A DNA stretch of 63,508 nucleotides, the filler included, from Basidiobolus ranarum (lineage: Eukaryota), in the NCBI GenBank assembly GCA_040143965.1. It is 9 parts of 9 records of this genome, joined end to end, with 100 filler letters (N's around TTAATTAATTAA, not from the genome) between each part and the next. Parts side by side here need not be neighbours in the genome. Positions count along the whole stretch, not along the records: positions 49,486 to 56,447 come from JASJQH010001205.1; positions 56,548 to 63,508 come from JASJQH010001206.1; 7 more parts are not named here. One strand, 5' to 3'. The notes beneath the pieces are model-generated. The model was not told the origin of the DNA. It worked only from the letters and a program-made list of their open reading frames with translations, and made no database searches. Shown here one piece after another: positions 52,568-63,508 of the stretch; position 1 is the stretch's first letter; each line of letters starts with the position of its first letter. The position numbers were made by a program, and so were the translations under genes.

Positions 52568-53210
52568 TTTGTCACTACTGCAAGGTTCATGGGCTAGATG
52601 TTCAACCTTAGACCATCTATTTTCTCCATCAAGTCCAACAATAAACTTTCAAATTAGCTCAATAATCGAATGTGTTCAAGTTCAGCTTTAATCATGTATT
52701 TGAGTAGTAGTTAGGCTAAGTGTAGCAATATTAAGCTGTCTAGTCCATTCAATGAACTGGAGACATGAGCTAGATACTTCGATCGCCACTTCCAGGGTCG
52801 ACTTGGATCCTTGTATCATCGTCTACCTTATTTGCTACATTTGAGCAATACTTATGGAGATCTATTGGCCTTATCTTATCGGATCTCAGTTTCTTACCCC
52901 ATGGTATTTCGCGAATGGGTATACTACCCGGGTGCTGATTAGATCGTTGAGCTCACGTTAGAGTAACCTTTGTCTTACCAAAGAATGTCTACGTCTTTCC
53001 TTTTACGATGGTTATGGTATAGGGTTGCGGTATTACATGTTGAAGATAAAAATTTATCTCTTTTATCAAACTGATTAAGATCTGTTTCGACTGTTTGATT
53101 GGCTATCCCGAGTGAGTGTTTTCTGGAGATGCATTACAAAAGCCTCCATGAGACATCGTCTGTCGTCAGTTGCCTCTGCAGTACTCTTAATTCTATTTGA
53201 ACAATTCAAA

Positions 53211-55046
53211 ATGGTCCAACAAGGTATCATATCCAAGTCATGTCCAAATTTTCCGAGTTCTCCACATTAATGTATTGAATTTGTAGCTCTTCTTTCCGTC
53301 TACGACAAAACTGATTTACTTGACTTGGCCCGTGCTTTCAATGAACTCAACATCAAGGTTCTAGCTTCTGGCGGAACTGCCAAGATGATTAGGGAAGCCG
53401 GTCTTCCAGTTAGTGATGTTTCTGAGATCACTAAGGCTCCTGAGATGCTAGGTGGTCGCGTCAAGACTCTTCATCCTGCTGTTCATGGTGGTATTCTTGC
53501 CCGTGATATTGAAAGCGATAATGCCGATCTTGCAGCTCAGGGTATTGACAAAATCGATATTGTTGTCTGCAACTTGTACCCTTTCAAGAAGACTGTTGCT
53601 CGTGAAGGCGTCACCATTCCTGAGGCTGTGGAGGAGATTGATATCGGTGGTGTTACCTTGCTGAGAGCTGCTGCCAAGAATCATGATCGCGTTTCAATTC
53701 TCTCTGATCCCACCGACTACCCATCTTTCATCCAAGAGCTTAAGGCTTCCACTGGTGAACATAAAACTGTTGCTGCTGGAACCCGTCAAAAGCTTGCTTT
53801 AAAGGCATTTAACCATACCGCCGACTACGATGATGCCATCTCTAACTACTTCCGTCAGCAATACGGTCAAGGTGAATCTCAAATGACTCTTCGTTATGGT
53901 GCTAATCCCCACCAAAAGCCTGCTCAAGTTTTCAACAAAGAAGGTAGCTTGCCTATTGAGGTCTTATCCGGTTCTCCTGGATACATCAACCTTCTTGATG
54001 CTCTCAACTCCTGGCCTTTGGTCAAGGAATTAAAAGCCGCTCTCAATCTTCCCGCTGCTGCTTCATTTAAGCACGTCTCCCCTGCTGGTGCTGCTGTCGG
54101 ACAACCTTTGACTGATGTTGAAAAGAAGGTTTACATGGTAGAGGGCTTGGAGCTCACTCCCTTAGCTTGTGCCTACGCTCGCGCTAGAGGTGCTGACAGA
54201 ATGTCATCATTTGGTGATTGGATCGCTCTGTCCGACAAATGTGATGTTGCAACTGCCAAAATTATTTCTAGAGAAGTATCTGACGGTGTAATTGCTCCTG
54301 ATTATGAACCTGAAGCCTTGGAAATTCTTCGCAAGAAGAAGTCCGGTAAATACACCGTTCTGAAGATGGATCCTACTTACGAGCCTTCCGATATTGAGAC
54401 TCGTCAAGTATACGGTCTCCATCTCCAACAACTTCGTAACAACATTCAAATTGAGAAGTCTCTTTTCACCAAGCTTGTTTCCAAGAATAAGGATCTGCCC
54501 GAAAGTGCTATTAGAGATTTAATTGTTGCCACAATCGCTCTCAAGTACACCCAATCCAATTCTGTTTGCTATGCCAAGAATGGTATGGTAGTCGGTTTAG
54601 GTGCTGGCCAACAGTCTAGAATTCATTGCACAAGACTTGCCGGTGACAAGGCTGACAACTGGTGGCTTCGTCATCACCCCAAGATCTTGGCTTTTGATTT
54701 CAAGAAAGAAGTCAAGCGTGCTGACAAGTCCAACGCTATTGACTTGTATATCTTAGACAAGATTGGAAGCGGTGCCGAACGTACTGCTTGGGAGTCTATG
54801 TTTAACACTGTTCCTGAACCCTTGACTGCTGAAGAGCGTAAAGCTCATTCAGATTCTCTCACCGGTGTTTCCATCTCCTCTGATGCTTTCTTCCCATTCT
54901 CTGATAATGTTCATCGTGCTCGTCAAACTGGTGTTGCATACATCGCCGCTCCTAGTGGTAGTATCCAAGATCAAGTTGTTATCGATGCCGCTGATAACTA
55001 TAATATGGTTATGGTCCATACCAACCTCCGTCTCTTCCATCATTAA
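53211..55046 (+). CDS. ADE17: Bifunctional AICAR transformylase/IMP cyclohydrolase (ADE16/ADE17, ATIC)
   Basis: [13 protein letters not shown]…GGRVKTLHP…LRYGANPHQ…SFKHVSPAG…SSDAFFPF…RLFHH. Confidence 0.97.
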
Positions 55047-55314
55047 ATCAAGTACATAGACATTATTTATATGGCAGAACACATTTGTCATATCACATCA
55101 TTGTAAATTCGTTTATAAAGAGCCAATATTAAAATCACTTTTCATGGTCTATATTTGGTTACTGTTAATGCAGGTAGTTTCACAACACACTAACCCTAAC
55201 ATGATATGCTGACTGTGGTACATCTTATCTGTTGTGTATAATCAAAACAAACGACCCCCATATTCTAACAACACAAGTCTTAGAAGCCCTTACCTCAATT
55301 CATTGTTAATCATT

Positions 55315-56447
55315 ATGACTGCTTCTACGAAAGACAAGCCTACTTTAGAACTTGGTACTTCACTTATTTAGGCATTACATTTAACTTGCAAGCAATTCAC
55401 CTATCAATTGATAGACAACAAATCTCAGTTTGGCTTTTGCTAATTTTATCGCAGTTTGGATGAAGACAATCCTGGACTGATTCGGATTTTCGAATGTAAC
55501 GGTGGGGAGTTCTATAGCGTTCATGGTGAAGCTTGATATGTTGTTCGACAAGTCTACAAGACACTCTCTGTCATAGAGTAGATTTGAGATCTGGTCCCCT
55601 GACAAATCATCCAAATACGGTTGGGAACTTGATAGAGTTAATATGTGAACGTCCTTATGTACAGGCTTTTCCTGGAAACTTACAAGATGTAGAAGACTTA
55701 CTATTTATCAACAATGAAATATCCACCTCACCTATTGTACTCTCTGTTAAAGTAACCCAAAATGAGGGACAAAAGGTACCTACAAGAGAGTATACACTTG
55801 CGTGCTTCTGCTTACCTCTTACCCTCTTCAGTGGATCAGTGTGGCGTTTGCAGATACTACAGTTCGGCAACTTGGTATTTCTGGATTTATCGACAACGAA
55901 TTGTTTTCCAATTTTGAGGTATTGTTTCTTTAAGAGAGAATAATTACACATAATAGAGCCCCAAAAAGATTCATTTATCAAGTCCCTGGTGATCTCGATT
56001 GCTTGGTCAATGGCTAAAGGGGCCCGTGTTAGAACAGCCCATGTTAGATACCAAAGAAATAGGTTGGCCATTTTCAGTGACATTCATCTTCACAATCCAG
56101 CAACTTCATCAACTCTTGATACAACCAAGAACAGCGACAGACGCTAGCTGAGGTTCCTATAGATTGTGATGAACTTCGGCAATCACTTCAAGTAGGGCGA
56201 TTGTTATCGAATCAGTGAGATTGTTAAGGTGACCAACAATGTTGCCAAATAATAGGAGGATCACCTTAGTCGGATACCTGATTTACACCGCTTAGCCAAG
56301 AGATTTCAGCGAGGAAGTGCTCATCTACAAGTAACTTACAACTCAGGTATCAGATACGCAATCCATTCATATCTGGAATTACCCATAGGATGTAGTTCGC
56401 ATATGTCAAGTCCTGATTCGACTCCCGAGGCAATGGATTCAATAGAA
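55315..56447 (+). pseudogene. MSH2: Decayed DNA mismatch-repair MSH2
   Basis: GF.*FYRSL…FYSVHGE…VYKTLSV; AFPGNLQDVED; GVAFADTTVRQLGIS.FIDNELFSNFE; HLSRIPDLHRLAKRFQRG…DVVRICQV. Contains stops, frameshifts and large internal deletions. Confidence 0.85.
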
Positions 56448-56547
56448 NNNNNNNNNNNNNNNNNNNNNNNNNNNNNNNNNNNNNNNNNNNNTTAATTAAT
56501 TAANNNNNNNNNNNNNNNNNNNNNNNNNNNNNNNNNNNNNNNNNNNN
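56448..56547. other. Artificial contig linker
   Basis: N44-TTAATTAATTAA-N44. Confidence 0.98.
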
Positions 56548-56555
56548 CTGAACAA

Positions 56556-58124
56556 ATGGGACAAACTCTATCTGAACCTGTTACCTCGAAAGAAACCGAC
56601 AAGGGTGGAAATTCTAGATTCATTTATGGATCTTCTTCCATGCAAGGCTGGCGTATAAGTATCCTTTTGTTGGTTTTATGCCAGATGGCGGTATTTCACT
56701 TGGTTCAGGTCCAGATTATTATTCTTTAACTATCCATTTCTTTTTCACTTTTATTGAATAGCCATGGAAGATGCCCATTCTTGTTTACTGAGTCTTGATG
56801 ACTACCCAGATGTTAGCTTCTTTGCTGTGTTCGATGGTCACGGTGGTATGCATCTAGATTCCATCATACTGACGCAAGCAAGTCATAGTGTGTCACTATA
56901 TATTTACCCCTTTCTAATTAATCGAATTTAAGGACAAAGTGCAGCTAAATATTGCGGGTTGAACTTACACAAAAAGATCGCGGAGAATGGTTTTCAAAAT
57001 GGTGATTACAAGCTAGCTATAAAGCATGGATATGTTGATATTGATGAGGATTTGAAGAAAGGTAGGATATTTTCTTGTTCAGACCACAGTATCATATTCT
57101 TTTATTAAGTTGTTTCTTTTTCTCTTTAGATGCGGATTTTTTGCATGATCCGTCTGGTTGTACGGCTGTTAGTGCTACTATTACTTCCGATAATAAAATC
57201 TTCGTGGTATGTGAAACTTTGTTTGGTTTATTCAGGGTGAACTCTCAGGTAGCTGACGTTATTGAAATCCTGGTAGGGCAACGCTGGAGACTCTCGTGCT
57301 GTTATGAGCATCAATGGAAAAGTCAAACCGTTATCATTTGATCACAAGCCTACTAATCAAGGTAAACCTGAGTTACATCGCTTCAATGGCGACATCATTT
57401 CTGACATTAGAATATAGGTGAATCAGCGCGCATAGTGAATGCAGGTGGATTCGTAGAATTTGGACGTGTGAATGGCAACCTTGCTTTGTCCAGAGCTATT
57501 GGTGACTTTGAATTCAAGCAAAACAGTAGACTCTCTGCAGAGGAACAAGCAGTTACAGGTCAGGCGTAGCATCATGGTTATAATTTTGGTGGAAGATTTT
57601 TAACAAAAGATGTATATATATATATAGCTGATCCTGATATAACTGAGCATCAAATCACAAATGAAGATGAGTTCATTGTTATTGCTTGTGATGGCATCTG
57701 GGATTGTATGACTTCCCAAGAAGTGGTAGATTATGTTCGTGCCGAAATTGCTGCTAAAGTTCCACTTGAGCAGATCTGTGAAAAGTTGATGAGTAAATGC
57801 TTGGCACCTAATTGTGAACTTGGCGGCATAGGTTGTGACAACATGACCGTCGTAATCGTTGGAATCCTTGATGGTAAATCTGAGGAAGAATGGTTCGAAT
57901 GGGTTGCCCAGAGAGCTTCCAGTGGCTCACGTTATTCCAATAGCGAATCTGCGGATAAACTTGGAGAGAATCCGCCGACTCAGTCGTCCTTTCTTGAAGA
58001 AACTTCGAAAGATACCACTGAATCTACAACGGGTGCTGAACAAGCTCAAGTAGATGCTGAATTTTCGCCAAGCGTCGAGCAAGGCGATGTAAAACCAGAA
58101 GAATTGGCCACTTCAAATCCTTAA
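56556..58124 (+). CDS. PTC2: Protein phosphatase 2C (Ptc2/Ptc3-like), 7 exons
   Basis: MGQTLSEP…MQGWRITMEDAH…VFDGHGG…NAGDSR…DHKP…[14 protein letters not shown]…ACDGIWD…CDNMT. Confidence 0.93.
56659..56761 (+). other. U12-type (minor spliceosome) GT-AG intron
   Basis: 5' splice site GTATCCTTT; branch-like TTCTTTAAC at 56722-56730; removal restores RI-T-MEDAH. Confidence 0.8.
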
Positions 58125-59513
58125 TATTTGTCATGTTGATTTCATTTCCCTGTCATCATCCACTCCTTGTCAACATCCAACAGTTCTTTGCTCACTTGAC
58201 TCATTTCTATTCGTGATTGATTGTTTTCTTTGTCCCAAGTAATCGAAATATACAATGAGGAAGTTTTTAAATATACTTGCAATATTCCATTGAGTCGAAT
58301 TTAAGTGAGAACACGGTGTACTCCAAGTACCCCTCATCGCTTATGAGAGCATGTCTTTACCTTGGATCGATGTATAGAAATAGCAAACACTTATCACATG
58401 AGAAACAACGACCTATGGAAGCAGAATTTGATAATGAAAATCTAGGGAGAGAATAATCACAAGTGATGCCATAATATTGAGCCACAAATGATCCCTATAA
58501 TGTGCCAATAACAGATCCAATGGATTTTCAAATCAAGAGCAGCCCCATCTTACATACAAGCAATAGGCTACATTTTCATACAAGTAATCGCTGCATTCAT
58601 GGTCACGGATAATAGTGAACATCATTTCTACTCATAATGAGTCACTAAAGTTCGGATTATTCGTAGAATTAGAAATACTTCATATTCACTGCAAACTACG
58701 CAGCAAAGTCTTTCCGTACAATAATCAAATCATTCCAATCTTAGGCAGTTGAGAGAGAGTGAGAGAAAGTAAAAGATCTCCAGGGTAAAGACGTTTAATT
58801 TGAATTTCGAAATGGTTTCACAACTCGAGAGACTCGCCACTTTGCTAGAAAGAAAGGTGACAATCTTCGAGAATTGCCTCTAAAGGGAATTCTGGAGAGA
58901 AAATCAATCTGGTGCCTCTAATGGTAACAATGCCTCTAAAGGTAATGACTTTTCCAATTCCTCTAAAGGTAATAGTTTAAAAAATACAATATGCGCAAGG
59001 TACCAACCCTCCTAACAGTTTATAGTAATTACTATCGCGATCTATCTATCAAAAAATAATATAGCATTTCGTTCAGCAATCCACTTAGCAATCCACTCAG
59101 GGGTGATGATAGTTTCAGAATGCTTAGCCGAAGCGTGTGAACATGTATTGATGGCCAGGATCGCATTTTATTCGTTCCTTTATGTATTTCCATTCTGCGC
59201 TTTAATTCAGTGGCTTTTACATCATTAATTAAGAGTATAACATGCACTTGATCCGGGTAAATCAAAACCATTCAGACTGAGGGGTTTTTAGAAAGGGGAG
59301 TAGGAGGATAGTGTATGAATGGTTGCTATTGATTTGTAGTTGGGATTTCAATTGGGGTGGCTACATTTCGGAGTTGAGGGATCTTGGATCAATATAATAC
59401 AATGACCGCTTTGCGGGACTACTACATATATAAAGGTGACTACCATATGGCTCATGAAACTCATCCCTTCTATTGTTACTCTCACTATTTGTCACTACTT
59501 GCTATACTCCACA

Positions 59514-61079
59514 ATGAACGCGACCAAGTGCTTAAGAGCTTTAAACAAGCAGCTCTTTACTCGATTAGCTACTGCTCCTTTGAGTCGTACTTCAGTAAGT
59601 ATATCAAAGTTAGTTCGCTTTAGCAATCCAAATCATAACATATTTGTAGCTACAACAGATGTATGCTATGGAACGCTCTACACCCGCCAGTTCCCTGATA
59701 CTCTCTTTGTTCTCCAGGTAATTGCACCTCTCTATATATTTACAGTATCGGCAAGATTTTAATCTTTTTAAAGTGATGCTACTAAAGCTCAGGATCACGT
59801 TAAAATCCTTGCCCCAATGGAGTTTCTTCACTCAGAACTTCCTATTCGTCTTTGTCAGAATATTAAATTGCTTAATACCCGCCTTCCGTTTGAGCCGATA
59901 GATCCTCAAGTCGATGCCAAGATCCACCAGATTACTCTTAATTTGTTGGAAGATATCAGGTAGCTAGCCCATTCAATCTCTAACTATGGCCATCTTCATA
60001 TTTTTATCCTCATATCATATACTAATAACACTTATTAGCCTCCTCACCGACCTCTCCGTTCCTACTGAATCTCATCATATCACCCAGTTTACCTCGGCAC
60101 TTCGAGTATTACAAGCTAGACAATTACAAAACTTAACATCATTGCGTGATTGTTTAAATCATATGATGTCGGAACAGGTATGGAAATGTAACCATAACCC
60201 GTCAGCTGTCCAACAGAAAATCGACCATTTCCTGATGGATTACTTATCCTTGAATTATGGCACCAGCTTCTTGATTGGTAATTAGATTTTGATCATCTGA
60301 TTTTAATGTGTTTTATTGACATTTACCCTAATTATAGGTCAAAGCCTTAATCAGCAGGATGGATTTCAACCAGTGATTAATGAGATCTCTCCACGCCTCG
60401 CTGCTGCACAAGCTATCCAGAAAGCACAATCCTGGTGTAGTCAATATTACTGGTAATACTTCAATTCTCATTCAAAACTTGTGACTGATGTACTAACCCA
60501 TGACCTGAAATATCTAGTTGTGAATCTCCAGAAGTGACTCTAGTGGGTAGGAACTCGGATGTATCCATCCTTGCTGCAAACAATTATCTTCAGGACAGTC
60601 TATTCCATGTGATGAAACATTCCATTAGTTCAGTCATTGAACATTCCAAAACTTCGGGAACTTCGTCTAGTAAGATGCCACCTTTACAAGTCCGTATAAC
60701 CGAGGGTGAGGAGGATATTTGCCTTAGAGTTAGTGACTTGGGTGGTGGTATCCCTATGTCCAAGGTATCAAACCTATGGAGTCAATTGAACGCTTCTCCA
60801 GCTAGGTCCAAAATGGCCAAAGGTCTACCTATGACTAGGTTGATCTCTCGCTATTTTGGTGGTGATTTAGAGATTGTTTCCATGGAAGGCTATGGTACAG
60901 AGTCTTACCTGTACCTCGATAAAAAGGGTAGTATTGGTGAGTGCATACCCGCTATGAGAACTACAGAGGAAGAAGTGGATTCTTTGACTGAGAAGATATT
61001 CACCCAAGTACCTAGAAAGGAAACAGCTCGACCAAGCTTGAATGAGAGTCATTCAGAGCGAGTAGCTGTCACAGCATAG
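59514..61079 (+). CDS. Mitochondrial PDK/BCKDK-like protein with degenerate GHKL ATP-binding motifs
   Basis: Presequence-like N-terminus; FLHSELPIRL; RVSDLGGGIP; GLPMTRLISRYFGGDLEIVSMEGYGT; multiple GT-AG introns. Confidence 0.8.
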
Positions 61080-62725
61080 CGCTGTGATACCTACTTTTGC
61101 GTCAATTTCTCTGTTGAGAAACTACGTGGCATATGAAGTACAACACTATGTGATTGGAAAAAGCCCCAACCAAGGAGGTCTTCGCCTCGCCTCCTGGTGC
61201 TAGCCCTGTGTGGCTATATCTTTTTTATCCCTCAGTTTTCACACCCTGATGATATTTCTGCTACCTATGCATGAACATCACTTGATTCATGGCAAATGTG
61301 AAGGTTTACTTGTGTAATCAATGGCTATCAAAATGACCAAAACCATTTTAAATCTGGGGGATAGTACAAGGCGATTGAATATTTTCTCTTACTATATACG
61401 GAATGAAATATACTAAATTTGGAATGCAATAATAAATCCCTTACAATATACAGTATCCTCCTTTTATCTCGCTTCTATTTTAGGGGGGTTTTCTATTAGA
61501 AATGAAGTGGAAATTCTGACAGGCATAGATGATTATGCTGGTCATACCATCGATAATGAGATACATATTTGGAAGTTCTTATATACACATACATTCGTAT
61601 ATCCGAAGTAATTTAGAGATCTCCATTGATGACTTCATAAATCCAAATTAACCGGAATTAATCAATGCTCACACTGGTCCTATCCTTCAACATCCGCAAT
61701 GCCAGTTCATATTACAAATCAGTAGATAGATGATATCTAATTGTTATGTATCATCTAGAAGATTCGTTTGACTATTTCCTAATTGATAGAGGGTACCAAG
61801 TTACAATCCCTCTTCAAATATACAGCGGTCAAAGTTGTCATGTCTCAGCTAGCCAGTTGAGATACTTGAACTGTTTCCCAACTAGGTAGAGGGCTTATCG
61901 GTATATACAATACACTATCCCACAGGTACCCGAACCATATTCTTTCATCCTTTGTCTGGGTTATTGATAATCCATTTTGTCGCAATTAGTAATGGAATTC
62001 TGTCTAGAGCCACTACCACAAAAAACTATCCAGGTCTTCTGGGTTTGTCTGGAGTGTATAGGTCAACACTGCTTGCGTATTTACATGCTATTAGTGCTCA
62101 ACTGATATAGTTGGTTATGAAACTTTAATTTACATTTGCCTTAGTCTCTTTGTAGCTATGACAGTGACTCACAAAATTGTTGCAATGTTTGCTATGTTTG
62201 CGTCCAAATCATAGTTATACTTTGAATAACGTCTACTATTACTAGATATTTTACGGTACCATACATGTGCTTTTTATAATGAATACTCTCATTTTCTACT
62301 AGCTTTAGTAATAATGAAGATATCTGTATTTGAATGACCCTGACTCATTGCAACAGTTTTGAGGCGGTGCTCTGAAAATGCAAACAGTGTATCTAATACT
62401 CGGTTTAGCCACCTTTGGCCTCCAGAGCAGCTGCCACATACTGGGGCATGCTTTTATTGAGGTTCAGGGCCAAATTATTTATTAATTCACTATCACATGA
62501 GTGGCATACTCGCTTATTTAGTTTATTAATTCCATGAATAGGATATTTATACTGCTTAATTGATTTAGGCCAAGTCATGGACTAGCCTTATGATTAATGA
62601 TCTGTCACTTTGTTTACTATTTTCTGGGGAAAATAAAACTAACATTATTGTTGAAGTTTATTGATTTATTATATTTATATCATTAGGGTAAAGGGTCTAT
62701 GCATCATGTTATACCTAAGTTAGTC

Positions 62726-63508
62726 TGTTGAACTTAGCATAGCCTAAACATCTGCATAGTCATCTATTGCTTAGTATTTAGTTACTCCTGATTAAACTAA
62801 GATATCTCTCACTATTCTCATGAGGTATTTGCTAGAAATCTTTAACAACTCTGAAGTTCTTAGATATATACACTTTTCAAACTTGTCCTAGAAGCACCAG
62901 CCTTTGCATACATTTTACTAGGATCTTCCTGTTGAAATTAACATTGCCTAAACACCTATATAGTCATATATAGCTTAGTACTTAGTTATCTTATAGTTCA
63001 CTAAGATTCTTTCAAGCTGGTGCTAGAAGCCCCAAGCTTTGCACACATGTTCCCGGGACCTTCTTTAACATATCTTACATGTTAGTTTACTTATATTTGC
63101 TAAAACTACAAATGTCAACTTTCTACTCAATAAATCAATAAGTGAAAACCACCAATTCCTCTAATTCTCCAAACTACTTCCAACAGGCTCCCAAATACAC
63201 TAACAGGCTATGAGCCTCAAGCTTGCACTCTCTGTAATGTCTACTTCTCAAATTTATGGAACTTTTCCCTCTTCTGAAAAATTGGATGGAATCAATCATC
63301 AAGTTTGGAAAATTAAAATGAGGATGCTGCTGCAAAAAAGAGGACTTTGGGACACTGTTGTAGGAGAAGAAAACAATGCAAAACTATCTGAAATCAAAGT
63401 TTTACTCCAGGTTAAAAAAGAACAAAGTGCCTTTAACACAATTGGTCTTAATGTTGAAGGCAAATTGGTAATTCAATGTTCAAGAGCTAAAACAATCAAG
63501 AAGGTAAG
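62726..63508 (+). mobile_element. Copia family A: older LTR (62726-62929) interrupted by a younger LTR (62930-63205), PBS 63206-63216 and gag from 63237
   Basis: TGTTGAA… starts; LTR ends in TAACA; PBS GGCTATGAGCC; open gag MSTSQIYGTFPSSEKLDGINHQVWKIKMRMLLQKRGLWD to the window end. Confidence 0.9.

Noticed and set aside
53224-53286. ADE17 intron donor GTATCAT as a U12 candidate
   Set aside because: Deviates from GTATCCT and lacks a U12 branch motif.
55190-55200. CTAACCCTAAC, identical to the vertebrate telomerase RNA template
   Set aside because: A single 11-mer in a short intergenic gap; chance or a telobox promoter motif is more likely, and no supporting RNA structure was seen.

Overview
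Eukaryotic (fungal) DNA: AT-rich, with short GT-AG introns. It is not one locus. Eight identical 100-nt linkers (N44-TTAATTAATTAA-N44) join nine contigs of steadily decreasing length (6979 to 6961 bp), so adjacency across linkers means nothing. Gene content, a minor-spliceosome (U12) intron and bacterial-type accessory genes point to an early-diverging fungus; Basidiobolus-like is a guess by inference. Housekeeping genes: MOB4/phocein, IFRD family, Crh/Utr2-type GH16, Dal5/Tna1-type MFS, SRRM1-like PWI protein, RPL29, PP1, KGD4/YMR31, PHB2, RPL18, ADE16/17, PP2C and a PDK/BCKDK-like protein. Damaged gene copies: DBP10, MSH2, PP1 (3' end), a UGT and an NRPS-type thioesterase remnant. Mobile elements: many nested, CpG-depleted Ty1/copia relics plus CACTA and Ty3/gypsy fragments. 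The most striking feature is a secreted Kex2-processed repeat precursor (42423-43529, minus) predicted to release at least six near-identical ~42-aa Gln-initiated amphipathic peptides. Other highlights are an intronless bacterial-type DUF3472 secreted protein, a group XII PLA2 homologue lacking the Ca-binding Asp, a secreted 93-aa-period PPxY repeat protein, a U12 intron in PP2C and a probable PDK pseudokinase. All family calls come from motif recognition by eye; no database search was run.
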